Of a DNA stretch of 64,000 nt, positions 51,042 to 61,535 are shown in pieces; within the stretch, counting starts at the first letter, position 1; every line of letters starts with the position of its first letter. Source of the DNA: Phycisphaerales bacterium (lineage in GTDB: Bacteria > Planctomycetota > Phycisphaerae > Phycisphaerales > UBA1924); the NCBI GenBank assembly GCA_965227775.1, contig OZ245777.1, forward strand, positions 1,312,001 through 1,376,000, read 5' to 3'. A program made the translations under genes and the position numbers. The notes below the pieces were generated by a model. It searched no databases. It saw only the letters and a list, made by a program, of their open reading frames with translations, and was not told the DNA's origin.

Positions 51042-53801
51042 ATGAATCTCGCGAATTGCGCTGCAGCCGTGGTCGCCCTGTTCTTGACGACCTGGGGATG
51101 CCCCAGTGTTTCCGCAGAGCCCGGCGAGGCAGGCTCACAGATCACGTGGCAAGCGGATTCAAAGCCAGACGCCGCAAATGTGGTGTTCACGATTGATCGC
51201 GACGCCATTGTCGCGAAAAACGGGCCCGGATCTCGATTCGCCCTAAGCGTCCCGAAACCGCGTGGCGGCGTGTTCAACCTCGTCGTCGAGCCAATCCGTG
51301 TATGGGCTCCAGGGGCGCAGGTCGTCACCGTCTCGGCCAGTGGCGAGACCACCGTCGACATAGAGGCCGAGCAGTTCGTGCACCTCCGCGGCCAGATCGA
51401 TGGCCTCGATGGCTCGCACGTGTTCCTGAGCATTGGTCCGCAGACCACGATCGGCCGCATCGAACTTGGCGCCAGCCAGCCGACCTACGTCATCACGTCG
51501 AACGGCGGTGATCCTGCCAAAGGTGGGGTCAAGCTCTCCAAGGACCAGGCCGTCGTGTTCCAGGCCGACCAGCCGTTCTCCCCGCAAACGGTTGCGACGG
51601 CGTGTGGCGCACCGGACAGCGCGCCCCTGGTGGGCCCGTTTGTTCCCGAGCCTCGCCTCGGCATGCGTCAAACAAAGCTGGCTGTCGATACCGACTACGA
51701 ACTGTTCCAGATCTTCAACGACGAGCACACGCTCATCGAGTACGTCACGCACCTCTACGCGACCGTGGGCGACCTCACGCTGCGCGATACCGGCGTGCGA
51801 CTCGACGTCATCTATCTGCGCATCTTCACGACCCCCGATGACCCGTACGGCCCCGGCGCGGGCTTCCCGATCCTGTCACGCGGCGAGATTGGCTTCGACG
51901 TCGCCCAGTTGTTCAGTGGCTCCCGACAGCCTTCCGCAGGCGGTGCTGCGCGAATCTGCGGTAGGACGTCCTGGGTCGCCCACGCCACAGGCAAGTTCAC
52001 CGACCCAACCGTCGCGAGCGTGTTCAACCAGGACCTCCGCATCACCGCGCACGAGATTGGCCACAACATCGGCGGTCCGCATCCGCACGACCTCGGCGTC
52101 GATCAATGCGATCAGTCCTTTGCGCGGCCACGCCGCGGGACGCTCATCAGCTACTGCGCGCAAACGTACAGCGGTCGAGCCGCGCTCATCGATGCCCATT
52201 TCCATGTACGAATCCGTGAGCGGATCGCCGGGTGCGGTGGCGTCATGACGCCCGACTGCAACAACAACTACCTCCCCGACATGCTGGACATCGCCGAGGG
52301 ACGGAGCATGGACGCCAACGGCAATGGCATTCCCGACGAGTGCGAAGACTGCAACCAGAACGGCGTGCTCGACAGCGAAGACATCGCCAGCGGGATGAGC
52401 GCAGACCTGAACGCCAATGGTGTTCCCGACGAGTGCGAGCCCGATTGCAACAACAACGGCATCCCGGATTCTCTGGACATCGCCGCCACCAACAGCCGCG
52501 ACTACAACGGCGACGGAGTACCCGATGAGTGCCAGGCCGACCGCGACGGCAACGGCGTGGCCGATTGGACCGACATCTTCTTCGATATGTCCAAGGACAT
52601 CGACCGCGACGGCATCCTCGATGCAACCCAGGACTGCGACGGCGACGGCGTGATGGACATCGACCAACTCGACCACGCGCACGCGCTGTGGGCCGCGTCG
52701 TCGGGCGACGGAACCGTGAAGGAGTACCACTTCCGCAGCGGTGTGCTCCGCGGCCAGGCCGAGGGCAACTACCTCGTTGATCCGACCGACGTCCTCATCA
52801 CGGTCGACCGCCGGGTGCTGGTCGCCGATGCGGGCGATGCGAGCATCGCCGAGTTCGATCGTGATGGCGCCTTCGTGCGAGATCTCGTCGCGTCGGGTTC
52901 TGGCGGATTGCAGTCGCCGATCGCCCTGGCTATCGCGGCGGACGGCTCGCTCCTGGTTGCCGATCTCGATGCCAACGCCGTGCTCCGCTACGGGCTCGAC
53001 ACCGGCGCATTCCTGGGCGTCTTCGTCGAGGCAGGAAGCGGCGGCCTCATGGCGCCCTATGGCATGACGGTTGGCCCCAACGGCAATCTATACGTCAACG
53101 GCGACCACGCGGGCGTCAACGAGTACGACGGCACCACGGGTGCTCACGTCCGACAGTTCATTGAGCACGGTTCCGGTGGGCTGCACCATGGCCGTGGCAT
53201 CCTGTTCATCCCGGCACCCGCGTCGGTGGGCGTTGGCTGGCGCTGCCTGGTTGCAAGCGGCGAAGAGCACAACATCCTCGAGTTCGATGCCGACACCGGT
53301 GAATTCATCGGGGTGTTCAACGACGGCTCGTTCGCGGGCAAGCTGCGAAACCCGTGGGGTCTTCGCCAGGGCCCGGATGGCAGCGTCTATGTCAGCAGCG
53401 CCCGCTTGCACCATCGCACGGCGCCGCCGCCAGCCGGCCAGATCGGCCCGCGCACGGCAGGACTGCACCTGACCGATCCGCATATCTTCCAGTACGACGC
53501 CGACAGCGGGCGCCTGCTGAGCGCCTACGTGCAGGGCGCCGACGCTCGCCTGGACCACCCCAAGGGCTTCGACTTCATGCCCGGCCCGCTCGATCGCAAC
53601 GCCAACGCGATCCCCGATTCCTGCGAGGCGATCTGCCCGGGCGATTGCGACGGCTCGGGCTCGACCGACCTGCTCGACTTCCTCTGCTTCCAGAACGCGT
53701 TCTCTGCCGGTGATCCGAAGGCCGACTGCACCGGAGACGGCGTACTGGACATCTTCGACTTCCTGTGCTTCCTGGATGTGTTCGAGGACGGTTGCGACTG
53801 A
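51042..53801 (+). CDS. secreted reprolysin-like metallopeptidase with DCNxNG repeats, beta-propeller and dockerin-like C-terminus (start uncertain)
   Basis: LAVDTDYE, HEIGHNIGGPH, repeated D(C)NxNGIPDEC, SGGLxxP propeller repeats, LDIFDFLCF...GCD. Confidence 0.8.
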   Translation: MNLANCAAAVVALFLTTWGCPSVSAEPGEAGSQITWQADSKPDAANVVFTIDRDAIVAKNGPGSRFALSVPKPRGGVFNLVVEPIRVWAPGAQVVTVSASGETTVDIEAEQFVHLRGQIDGLDGSHVFLSIGPQTTIGRIELGASQPTYVITSNGGDPAKGGVKLSKDQAVVFQADQPFSPQTVATACGAPDSAPLVGPFVPEPRLGMRQTKLAVDTDYELFQIFNDEHTLIEYVTHLYATVGDLTLRDTGVRLDVIYLRIFTTPDDPYGPGAGFPILSRGEIGFDVAQLFSGSRQPSAGGAARICGRTSWVAHATGKFTDPTVASVFNQDLRITAHEIGHNIGGPHPHDLGVDQCDQSFARPRRGTLISYCAQTYSGRAALIDAHFHVRIRERIAGCGGVMTPDCNNNYLPDMLDIAEGRSMDANGNGIPDECEDCNQNGVLDSEDIASGMSADLNANGVPDECEPDCNNNGIPDSLDIAATNSRDYNGDGVPDECQADRDGNGVADWTDIFFDMSKDIDRDGILDATQDCDGDGVMDIDQLDHAHALWAASSGDGTVKEYHFRSGVLRGQAEGNYLVDPTDVLITVDRRVLVADAGDASIAEFDRDGAFVRDLVASGSGGLQSPIALAIAADGSLLVADLDANAVLRYGLDTGAFLGVFVEAGSGGLMAPYGMTVGPNGNLYVNGDHAGVNEYDGTTGAHVRQFIEHGSGGLHHGRGILFIPAPASVGVGWRCLVASGEEHNILEFDADTGEFIGVFNDGSFAGKLRNPWGLRQGPDGSVYVSSARLHHRTAPPPAGQIGPRTAGLHLTDPHIFQYDADSGRLLSAYVQGADARLDHPKGFDFMPGPLDRNANAIPDSCEAICPGDCDGSGSTDLLDFLCFQNAFSAGDPKADCTGDGVLDIFDFLCFLDVFEDGCD

Positions 53802-53839
53802 GCGGGATCGCGCACGCCCGCCCGTCCATACCCTGCTCG

Positions 53840-56167
53840 GTGCCCCAAGGCCTGTTTAAGGACGATCGCCAGCCACCCGCCGGCCCATTCCTCGCAGTCG
53901 CACTCGAGCGGTCCATCGACGGCAAAACGCTAACGTACGCGCCGCCCGCCGAGAGCAACGAGGACGCAAGCGCCATGATCGGGCGCGCCTGCATGGCGCC
54001 GCTCGGGCGCGGCGGCAGGGGAGGCGCGCCCACGCGCGGCGTCATCGTCGGTGTCGGCGGCGCCGAGCTCGTCGATGGCTTCGATCCGCACAAGGTCCGA
54101 CGCTTACTGGCCGTCAGCGAGGCGAAGCTGCCCGAGTCTGTGCTCGACCTTGGCCGATGGATCAGCGAGTACTACGCCTGCCCACTGGGCATGACGCTGG
54201 CCGCAATGCTGCCCGCCGCCGTCAAGAAAGCGGTGGGGCGGAAGCAGCGAACGGCCTTACGTCCGACGGGGACCGACACCGAGGCCAAGCTCCCGCCCGC
54301 GACCAGGAAGGCTCTCGAAGGCATCCGCGCGATCGATGCCGATGCATGGCCCATTGAGGAACGCGATCTCGTCCACCGCCTCGAGCTTAAGAACGCCAGC
54401 CCCATCCGCCGCCTGCTGACGATGGGCCTGCTCGAAGAAGTCACCCTCACCGATGTGGTTGCGCGCACCGAAGACGCCACGCCTCTCGCCATCGAGCCCG
54501 GCCCCACACCGACACCAACCGCCGAGCAACGCGCCGTCATCGAGGGCGTCCCCCTCGGCGGCTTTTCCACAAACCTCCTCTTCGGCGTCACGGGCTCCGG
54601 CAAGACCGAGGTCTACCTGCAACTGCTCGAACGCGTGTTAGCGGGCGGTAAGAGCGGCATCGTCCTCGTCCCCGAGATCGCGCTCACGCCGCAGCTCTCT
54701 TCGCGGTTTATTGCACGCTTCGCGCCAACGCTCGGCGAGCGCGGCGTCGCGGTCTTGCATTCCGGCCTCAGCGCTGGCCAGCGTCACCGCGCCTGGGACG
54801 CCGTCTCGCGAGGCCTCGCCCGCGTCGTCGTCGGCCCGCGCTCCGCGCTCTTCGCGCCGCTCACGAACGTCGGCCTCATCGTCGTCGACGAGGAGCATGC
54901 CAGCGACTACAAGCAGGACCAGGCCCCGCGCTACCACGGCCGCGACGCCGCCATCAAGCGGGCGCAGATCGAGGGCTGCCCAGTGCTTCTCGGCTCGGCA
55001 ACGCCGAGCCTCGAGAGCTGGCGCAACGCCCAGCTCGGTCGCTCCATGCTCTGGCGCATGCCCACGCGGGCACCTGGCTCGGCGGGCCTGCCAATCGTCG
55101 AGGTCGTCGATCTCGCAGAGGAACGCAAGGCCAGCCGCGAGCGCGGTGAGCGTATGGAACTGCTGGGTCCCACCCTTGAGGGCGCTCTGCGCGACACCCT
55201 CAACGACGGCGGCCAGGCCGTCATGCTCCTCAACCGCAGAGGCTTCGCCCGCGTGGTCGCCTGCCCCGACGCCATGTGCGGCTGGACGCTGACGTGCGAC
55301 TCGTGCTCGGCCGCCATGGTCTTCCACCGCAAGGGCGTCCTGAGCCGCAAGGGCCTCGTCCGCTGCCACCACTGCCTGGCCGAGCAGATGACGCCCAAGA
55401 GCTGCCCCGCTTGCGGTAAGAAGACCATCCTCCTCGGCCGCGGCACCCAGAGGCTCGAAGACGAGCTCGCCGAGCGCATGGGCCTCGATGATTCCGAGAT
55501 GGCCCGGATGGACGGCGACACCATGAGCCGCGCCGCCGACTACCAGGGCGTGCTCAGCCGCATCGCCGATAGCTCGATCCGCGTGCTGCTGGGCACACAG
55601 ATGATCGCCAAGGGCCTCGACTTTCCGAACATCCGCCTTGTTGGTGTTGTCGACGCCGACACGGCCCTTGGAATCGCCGACTGGCGCTGCCAGGAGCGGA
55701 CATTCCAGCTCGTCAGCCAGGTCGCCGGCCGCGCCGGCCGAGGCGACAAGCCCGGCCGCGTGATCGTCCAGACGCTCAGCCCCGACCTGCCCAGCATCCA
55801 GGCCGCCGCCACCCACGACTACGAGCGATTTGCGGCCGACGAGCTCGATGTCAGGAGGCAGGCCCACCTGCCGCCGTTCACGAGGGCCGCGTGGATCGTC
55901 GCGCGAGACCGGCAGTACGCCAAGGCCGAGGCCCGGGCGTTCGAGATCGCCGGCCTGCTCACAGAGGTATTCGAGAACAGCGCCAGGGTCGAGGGCCCCG
56001 CTCCAGCCCCCCTCGAGCGTGCCCACGACGAGTACCGCGTGGGGCTCGAGGTCTACGCCGGCAGCGCCGCGATCTTGCGGAACGGGCTGCTCAAGATCCG
56101 CGCCCAGCACGGCCTGGTGAGCGACGCCAGCGTGGCCATCGACGTCGATCCGGTGAGCATCTGGTAG
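53840..56167 (+). CDS. priA: primosomal protein N'
   Basis: GVTGSGKTEVY, VPEIALTPQ, DEEH, GSATPSLES, LNRRGF, Cys clusters, GTQMIAKGLDFP, QVAGRAGR. Confidence 0.95.
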   Translation: MPQGLFKDDRQPPAGPFLAVALERSIDGKTLTYAPPAESNEDASAMIGRACMAPLGRGGRGGAPTRGVIVGVGGAELVDGFDPHKVRRLLAVSEAKLPESVLDLGRWISEYYACPLGMTLAAMLPAAVKKAVGRKQRTALRPTGTDTEAKLPPATRKALEGIRAIDADAWPIEERDLVHRLELKNASPIRRLLTMGLLEEVTLTDVVARTEDATPLAIEPGPTPTPTAEQRAVIEGVPLGGFSTNLLFGVTGSGKTEVYLQLLERVLAGGKSGIVLVPEIALTPQLSSRFIARFAPTLGERGVAVLHSGLSAGQRHRAWDAVSRGLARVVVGPRSALFAPLTNVGLIVVDEEHASDYKQDQAPRYHGRDAAIKRAQIEGCPVLLGSATPSLESWRNAQLGRSMLWRMPTRAPGSAGLPIVEVVDLAEERKASRERGERMELLGPTLEGALRDTLNDGGQAVMLLNRRGFARVVACPDAMCGWTLTCDSCSAAMVFHRKGVLSRKGLVRCHHCLAEQMTPKSCPACGKKTILLGRGTQRLEDELAERMGLDDSEMARMDGDTMSRAADYQGVLSRIADSSIRVLLGTQMIAKGLDFPNIRLVGVVDADTALGIADWRCQERTFQLVSQVAGRAGRGDKPGRVIVQTLSPDLPSIQAAATHDYERFAADELDVRRQAHLPPFTRAAWIVARDRQYAKAEARAFEIAGLLTEVFENSARVEGPAPAPLERAHDEYRVGLEVYAGSAAILRNGLLKIRAQHGLVSDASVAIDVDPVSIW

Positions 56168-56241
56168 GGCCGGGAAACCCGGCGCGACAAGCGACAGTCT
56201 TCTGTGATTCTCGACCTGCTGCGGGGTCGATACTCTCTGCT

Positions 56242-57126
56242 GTGATCGTCTACCTGAACGGCAAGTACCTCCCCGCCGCCGACGCCAACGTCAGCGTGTT
56301 CGACCGTGGCTTTTTGTTCGGTGACGGCGTCTACGAGGGCGTCCGCGTTTTCGAGAACACCGTCATCTGCCCCGACCGCCACGTGGCCCGTATGGCCGCC
56401 GGCCTGGCCGAGGGCCGGGTGCACTGGGATCCGCGCGAGCTCCCAAGCATCTGCCTCGAGCTCTGCCGCCAGAACGACCTCGCCGACGCGTTCATGTACG
56501 TCCAGGTCACCCGAGGCACACCCCCGCCTGGCGAGCCCGCCCGCGCCCGCACCATGAAGACCCAAGGCGAGCCCACGGTCTTCGCTTTTGCGACCGCCCA
56601 GCCACCCATCGACCACTACCGCAAGCCGCCGACCACGACGCTGGCCCTGGTGGAAGACCGCCGCTGGAGCCGCGGCCACCTCAAGAGCATCAGCCTCCTG
56701 GGCAACGTGCTGGCCGCCTACGACGCCCAGGCCCAGGGCGCGCACGAGGTCGCGATGCACCGTGACGGCCTGCTTACCGAGGCCTGCGCTTCGAACATCA
56801 TCATCTCGGTCGACGGAAACCTCGCAACCCCTTCGCTCGAGAGCGCGTCGATCCTCGAGGGTGCCACCCGGGCCCGCTGTTTGGCCCTCGACCCGGACAT
56901 CGTCGAGCGGCCGGTGGGTGTGGAGGAGTTGCTCAGGGCCGACGAGGTCATGCTCGTCGGCACCACCAGCATCGTCACGAGCGCTCTGAGCATCGATGGC
57001 AAGCCCGTCGGCGACGGCACGCCCGGTCCGCATGCCCAGCGTTTGCTCAATCTCGTGATGGACGACTGCCGCAACCAGGTCGCCCAAGCCCGGCGAACTA
57101 CCAAAGAAGCCGTCGCGGTCGGCTGA
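56242..57126 (+). CDS. class IV PLP aminotransferase (D-amino acid aminotransferase-like)
   Basis: VYLNG, DRGFLFGDGVYE, YVQVTRG, LKSISLLGNVL, ILEGATR. Confidence 0.85.
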   Translation: MIVYLNGKYLPAADANVSVFDRGFLFGDGVYEGVRVFENTVICPDRHVARMAAGLAEGRVHWDPRELPSICLELCRQNDLADAFMYVQVTRGTPPPGEPARARTMKTQGEPTVFAFATAQPPIDHYRKPPTTTLALVEDRRWSRGHLKSISLLGNVLAAYDAQAQGAHEVAMHRDGLLTEACASNIIISVDGNLATPSLESASILEGATRARCLALDPDIVERPVGVEELLRADEVMLVGTTSIVTSALSIDGKPVGDGTPGPHAQRLLNLVMDDCRNQVAQARRTTKEAVAVG

Positions 57127-58457
57127 TGCCGTCGCTGCCGGGCAAGCGCGTCACCGTCATGGGCCTTGGTCGCTTCGGCGGCGGGCTTGGTGTCGCCAAC
57201 TGGCTGCACGCCCAGGGCGCCCGGGTTCTCGTCACCGATATGGCATCCGCCGAAGCACTCGCGCAACCGTTGACCGAGTTGTCAGCCGGTATCGAGATGC
57301 GCTTGGGTGAACATGCCGAGGCAGATTTCGTGAGTGCCGACCTCGTTGTCGCGAGCCCCGCCGTCTCGAAGCCTTGGAACAACCCGTACCTGAACGCCGC
57401 GAGGGACGCCGGCGTGCCCATCACGACTGAAATCGGCCTAGTGATCGACCGCCTTCCCGACCGCACGCGCGTCATCGGCATCACCGGCACGGCTGGTAAG
57501 AGCACCACGAGCGCCATGGCGGCGCGCGCCCTCGAGGCTGCCGACCAGACCGTGCATCTCGGTGGCAACATCGGCGGCTCGCTCCTCGGCGTCGACGTAT
57601 CGCCCGAAGACCTCGTTGTGCTCGAACTCTCCAGCTTCATGCTCCATTGGCTCGGCCAGTCGGGCTGGTCGCCCGGCACCGCCGTGCTGACCAATCTCTC
57701 ACCCAACCACCTCGATTGGCACGAGACGTTCGAGCGCTACGAATCTGCCAAACGCTCCATCGCCCAGTACCAGCAGGCCGGCGACCTGCTCGTGTGCGAT
57801 CTGTGGCCCGAACTGCAGACCGCCATCCGAGTGCGCACGAGCGTGGACCTGCCGCAGCTGACGATCCCAGGTGCGCACAACCGCGCGAATGCCGGCATGG
57901 CCCTCGCGGCCGCGGCTGCCACCCTCGATCGCCACGACATCGAGTACGAGCACGGACAACTCGCCGATGCCATTGCCAGTTTCCCGGGCCTTCCACACCG
58001 TCTGCAACTCGTCGCAAGCCACGCTGGCGTGTCGTTCTATAACGACAGCAAGTGCACCACGCCCGAGGCCGTCGCGCTCGCCGTCGACGCGATCGCCGAC
58101 CGCACGCCCCGTGAAAAGATCCACCTTATCGCCGGCGGTGCTGACAAGGGCGTGGATCTCACGCCCATCGCCGACCTCGCGCGCACGCTCGCTTCGCTCC
58201 ATACCATCGGGACGACCGGCCCGAGCATCCGAGATCGAGCGGCCGGCGGGAGGGTGGCGCACGATGGCACGCTCGAGCGGGCATTCGAAGCAGCGGTGGG
58301 GTGTTGCGAGCCGGGGCATGCCGTCCTTCTCAGCCCGGGCTGCGCCTCGTGGGACCAATTCGCCAACTACGAGGCGCGCGGCGCGCTCTTTGCTGACCTC
58401 GTGCATCGCTGGATCGGTGCTGGTGCTCAGCGCGTGCAGCCCACCCAAGCCGAGTAG
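57126..58457 (+). CDS. murD: UDP-N-acetylmuramoyl-L-alanine--D-glutamate ligase
   Basis: GLGRFGGG, ITGTAGKSTT, GGNIG, ELSSF, NHLDWH, YNDSKCT, LSPGCASWDQFANYEARG. Confidence 0.93.
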   Translation: MPSLPGKRVTVMGLGRFGGGLGVANWLHAQGARVLVTDMASAEALAQPLTELSAGIEMRLGEHAEADFVSADLVVASPAVSKPWNNPYLNAARDAGVPITTEIGLVIDRLPDRTRVIGITGTAGKSTTSAMAARALEAADQTVHLGGNIGGSLLGVDVSPEDLVVLELSSFMLHWLGQSGWSPGTAVLTNLSPNHLDWHETFERYESAKRSIAQYQQAGDLLVCDLWPELQTAIRVRTSVDLPQLTIPGAHNRANAGMALAAAAATLDRHDIEYEHGQLADAIASFPGLPHRLQLVASHAGVSFYNDSKCTTPEAVALAVDAIADRTPREKIHLIAGGADKGVDLTPIADLARTLASLHTIGTTGPSIRDRAAGGRVAHDGTLERAFEAAVGCCEPGHAVLLSPGCASWDQFANYEARGALFADLVHRWIGAGAQRVQPTQAE

Positions 58458-59166
58458 CCCACTGCCGCCCACGCCGGTGTCCGAGCCAGCGCCCGTCCAA
58501 GCCGAGGCTCCACCGCCAACGCCCGGGCCCACCGAGACGATCACCCTCACCGAGGGCCTACGCCTCAATCGCGGCGAACGCTGGATCGAGCTCGACGGCT
58601 TCGTGCCCATCGACGTGCGCGAGCAAGACCGCACGGGCTACACGCTCATCCGCTACCTCGAGTGCATCGCGGTCACGCCCACCAGCGGTAAGGACCACGA
58701 GTCACTCATGGTCACCAGTGAGCAACCAAGCATGATCCACGCCGCCCTGGTCACGATCGGGCTCGAGCCCGGCAAGCCCGGCAGCATCTCATGGGACGGC
58801 ACGCGCGCCGTCATGAACCCGGCGATCGGCGACTCCGTCCGCGTGACCTATCGCGAGAGCGAACAGCCGCCACCCGGCGCGCCGATTACCGACTACATCG
58901 TCCACGCGGATACGGGCGAGTCGTTCGATACTACTGCCCAATGGGTGTTCGCGGGATCCACCTTCGAGCGAGATCGCTACGTGGGCGATGCCGAGGGATT
59001 GGTCGTCGGCTTCCACACCTTCGGAAGCGAGCTCGTCGCGCTCCAGCGGACCATGAGCCCCGATTCGTTCATCGAAGAACCGATGTGGATCGCCCACCCC
59101 GAGCGGACGCCCGAGTTCGGTGATCTTGTCACGATCCGGATCTCAGCCGCGGACGATTCGAACTAG
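58390..59166 (+). CDS. YdjY-like lipoprotein (start uncertain)
   Basis: LSAC lipobox; LECIAV..GKDHESL, HAALVTIGLEPG, WVFAGS. Confidence 0.65.
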   Translation: MLTSCIAGSVLVLSACSPPKPSSPLPPTPVSEPAPVQAEAPPPTPGPTETITLTEGLRLNRGERWIELDGFVPIDVREQDRTGYTLIRYLECIAVTPTSGKDHESLMVTSEQPSMIHAALVTIGLEPGKPGSISWDGTRAVMNPAIGDSVRVTYRESEQPPPGAPITDYIVHADTGESFDTTAQWVFAGSTFERDRYVGDAEGLVVGFHTFGSELVALQRTMSPDSFIEEPMWIAHPERTPEFGDLVTIRISAADDSN

Positions 59167-60578
59167 GGCCGCACGCGGATGGTGATCTCGCGGGTCTCGT
59201 CGGAGCCCGGCTCACGCACGAGGATGGTCGTGCGGCGACCCAGCCCAATGCGCGACTCGGCGATGGCGTCCAGGAACTCGCTGTAGGTTTCGACGTTCCT
59301 GCCATCGATCGCAACGATCTGCTGGCCCGGCTCGAACCCCGCCCGCCTTGCGGCAGACTCGTCTCGCGTTTCATCGACGTAGACGCGGCCACGGTTGTCC
59401 AGGCGGATGTCGAGCCCGACGTGCCTGTCAAGCATGAACTCGGTCGGACCACCGATGGCGTTGATCGAATCGAGCTCGTCCAGCACGACCGTGGTCTCGA
59501 TTGGGTCGCCATCCCGCCACACGCGGACCGACAGCTCCTTGCCCGGCCGCATGGTGTTTACGACAGCCCGCAGAATGTCGGGCGTCGGCACGGCCTGCCC
59601 ACCGATGCTCTCGATCACGTCGTTCGCTTGGATGCCCGCGCGCTCCGCCGGTCCGCCGTCGGTCACCTGACCGACGACGACGCCGAAGCCCATGAAGATG
59701 TCGTTGTCGATGATCGGGCGCTGCCCGCCGCGGAACCCACCAAACGCGATGCCCAGGCGACCGCGAGCGACCCGACCAGTCTCGATGAGCTGGTCGGCCA
59801 CCGATTCGATCGTCGAGAGCGGGATGGCAAAACTGATGCCGGCGCTCTGGCCCTCGCGCGGGTTCTCCAGCGAATCGCCCGACGAGCCAGTCGCGATCGC
59901 TACGTTCATGCCGATCACGCGACCGCGCACGTCGATGAGCGGACCACCCGAGTTTCCAGGGTTCACCGCGGCGTCGGTCTGGATGAAGTTGGTAAACGCG
60001 CTTCCCGCTGCGCCCGTGTTGGGGTCTCGCCCAAGCCCGGACACGATGCCCTCGCTCATGGAAAACTTGAAGTTGAACGGTGAGCCGAAGGCGTACACGC
60101 GATCACCCTGTTGGGGCATCTCGCCCGTAGCGCGCGGCAGCGCGACCATACCGGTCGAGTCTTCGGCCTTCAGCACGGCGATGTCGGTGAAGACGTCGAC
60201 ACCCACCACCTCGGCGCTCATCGTGCGGCCCGTGTAGAGCTGCACGCGGACGTAGTCCGATCCGCCGACCACGTGCGCGTTCGTGAGGATGTGCCCCTGG
60301 TCGTCATACACCCAACCCGAGCCCGCGGCTCCGGCACTGAAGCGGCTGGCCGACATCAGGTGCACCACGCCCGGCTCGACCGACTGGGCGATCGCCCGCG
60401 TCGCCCGGTTGATCCGCAGCAGGATGTCGTCCTGCACCAGTTCCTGCCGGGCGAGCGTGACCTGTGCCCGGGCCTGCTGGGCCTCGGTCCGTTGCATGAT
60501 CTCGGGCGCCGCCAGCAACGCCGCGAGCGCCGTCAGCAGTACCACCGCGGCGGGGCCAAGGGTGATGAATCGTCGCAT
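59163..60578 (-). CDS. HtrA/DegP-like serine protease with two PDZ domains
   Basis: GSGW, LTNAHVV, DIAVLK, IQTDAAVNPGNSGGPL. Confidence 0.92.
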   Translation of the reverse strand: MRRFITLGPAAVVLLTALAALLAAPEIMQRTEAQQARAQVTLARQELVQDDILLRINRATRAIAQSVEPGVVHLMSASRFSAGAAGSGWVYDDQGHILTNAHVVGGSDYVRVQLYTGRTMSAEVVGVDVFTDIAVLKAEDSTGMVALPRATGEMPQQGDRVYAFGSPFNFKFSMSEGIVSGLGRDPNTGAAGSAFTNFIQTDAAVNPGNSGGPLIDVRGRVIGMNVAIATGSSGDSLENPREGQSAGISFAIPLSTIESVADQLIETGRVARGRLGIAFGGFRGGQRPIIDNDIFMGFGVVVGQVTDGGPAERAGIQANDVIESIGGQAVPTPDILRAVVNTMRPGKELSVRVWRDGDPIETTVVLDELDSINAIGGPTEFMLDRHVGLDIRLDNRGRVYVDETRDESAARRAGFEPGQQIVAIDGRNVETYSEFLDAIAESRIGLGRRTTILVREPGSDETREITIRVRP

Positions 60579-60674
60579 AGGTTGCCTCCCAACCGTCCGG
60601 GAACACGCCGCCGCGTCGCCGCAGCCCGTGACCCACTCAGATGCCGCCCGAGCCCCTACCCGGCAGCGTGGGCC

Positions 60675-61517
60675 TCAGCCGTCACGCATGCCAAACGTCT
60701 TTCCGCCGAAGTCTCCTTCGGCTACCCGGCGCACCCATTGCATAGCCGCTTCGCGGATCACCGGCCCAAGGTTCGCCACCGGCTGGGCCAACCCCGGAGT
60801 TTTCTCAAGGAGACCCATAACGTCGTGGAGGACAACCACCTGCCCGTGGCAGCTTGTTCCCGCGCCGATGCCGATGACCGGCACCTTCGCTCGAGAGACC
60901 AACTCGTCAGCCACCTCGCTCGGCACCGCCTCGACCAGCAGCATCGCGGCTCCCGCGTCCTGCAGCGCCTCGGCATCTCGCAGCACGCGATCGGCCTCGC
61001 TCTTGGTACGGCCTTGTGCCTTGTAGCCGCTGGTAAGCGCCACGTGCTGCGGCTTGCTGCCAACGTGCGCACACACGGGGATGCCCGCCGACGCCATACG
61101 CTTTACCAGCGGCGCGTAGCTCTCGTCGACCTCGAGCTTGATGATGTCGGCCTTGGCTTCGACCAGGAACCGTCCGGCGTTCTCGAGCGCCGCGTCGGGG
61201 CTTGCCTGGTATGTCATGAATGGCATGTCGCCCATGACGACCGTGCCCGGCGCACCACGCTTGACCGCCGCCGTCAGCGCGAGCAGGACCTCGAATGGCA
61301 TGTCGATGGTCCGCGGCAGTCCGAGAATCACCTCGGCTGCCGTGTCGCCCACCAGAAGCAGGTGCACGCCAGCTTGCTCTAGCAGCCGCGCCGTCGACGC
61401 GTCGTAGCACGTCAGGCACGCAAAGGGCTCACCCTGCCGAGCCATGCGGCCCAGCGTGGCAAGCGTGACGGGCTTTCGCTGCGAAGCGCCTTCGATGATC
61501 GAACCCACCGTGCTCAC
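60675..61517 (-). CDS. panB: 3-methyl-2-oxobutanoate hydroxymethyltransferase
   Basis: LTCYD, LLVGD, GDMPF, IKLE, IGIGAG, GQVVVLHD. Confidence 0.93.
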   Translation of the reverse strand: MSTVGSIIEGASQRKPVTLATLGRMARQGEPFACLTCYDASTARLLEQAGVHLLLVGDTAAEVILGLPRTIDMPFEVLLALTAAVKRGAPGTVVMGDMPFMTYQASPDAALENAGRFLVEAKADIIKLEVDESYAPLVKRMASAGIPVCAHVGSKPQHVALTSGYKAQGRTKSEADRVLRDAEALQDAGAAMLLVEAVPSEVADELVSRAKVPVIGIGAGTSCHGQVVVLHDVMGLLEKTPGLAQPVANLGPVIREAAMQWVRRVAEGDFGGKTFGMRDG

Positions 61518-61535
61518 GAGTGCATCCTAGGGAGG

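Noticed and set aside
52250..52670. DCNxNG nucleotide repeats as a DGR or other DNA repeat element
   Set aside because: They are in-frame protein Ca-binding-type repeats; no reverse transcriptase and no adenine-specific TR/VR pair.
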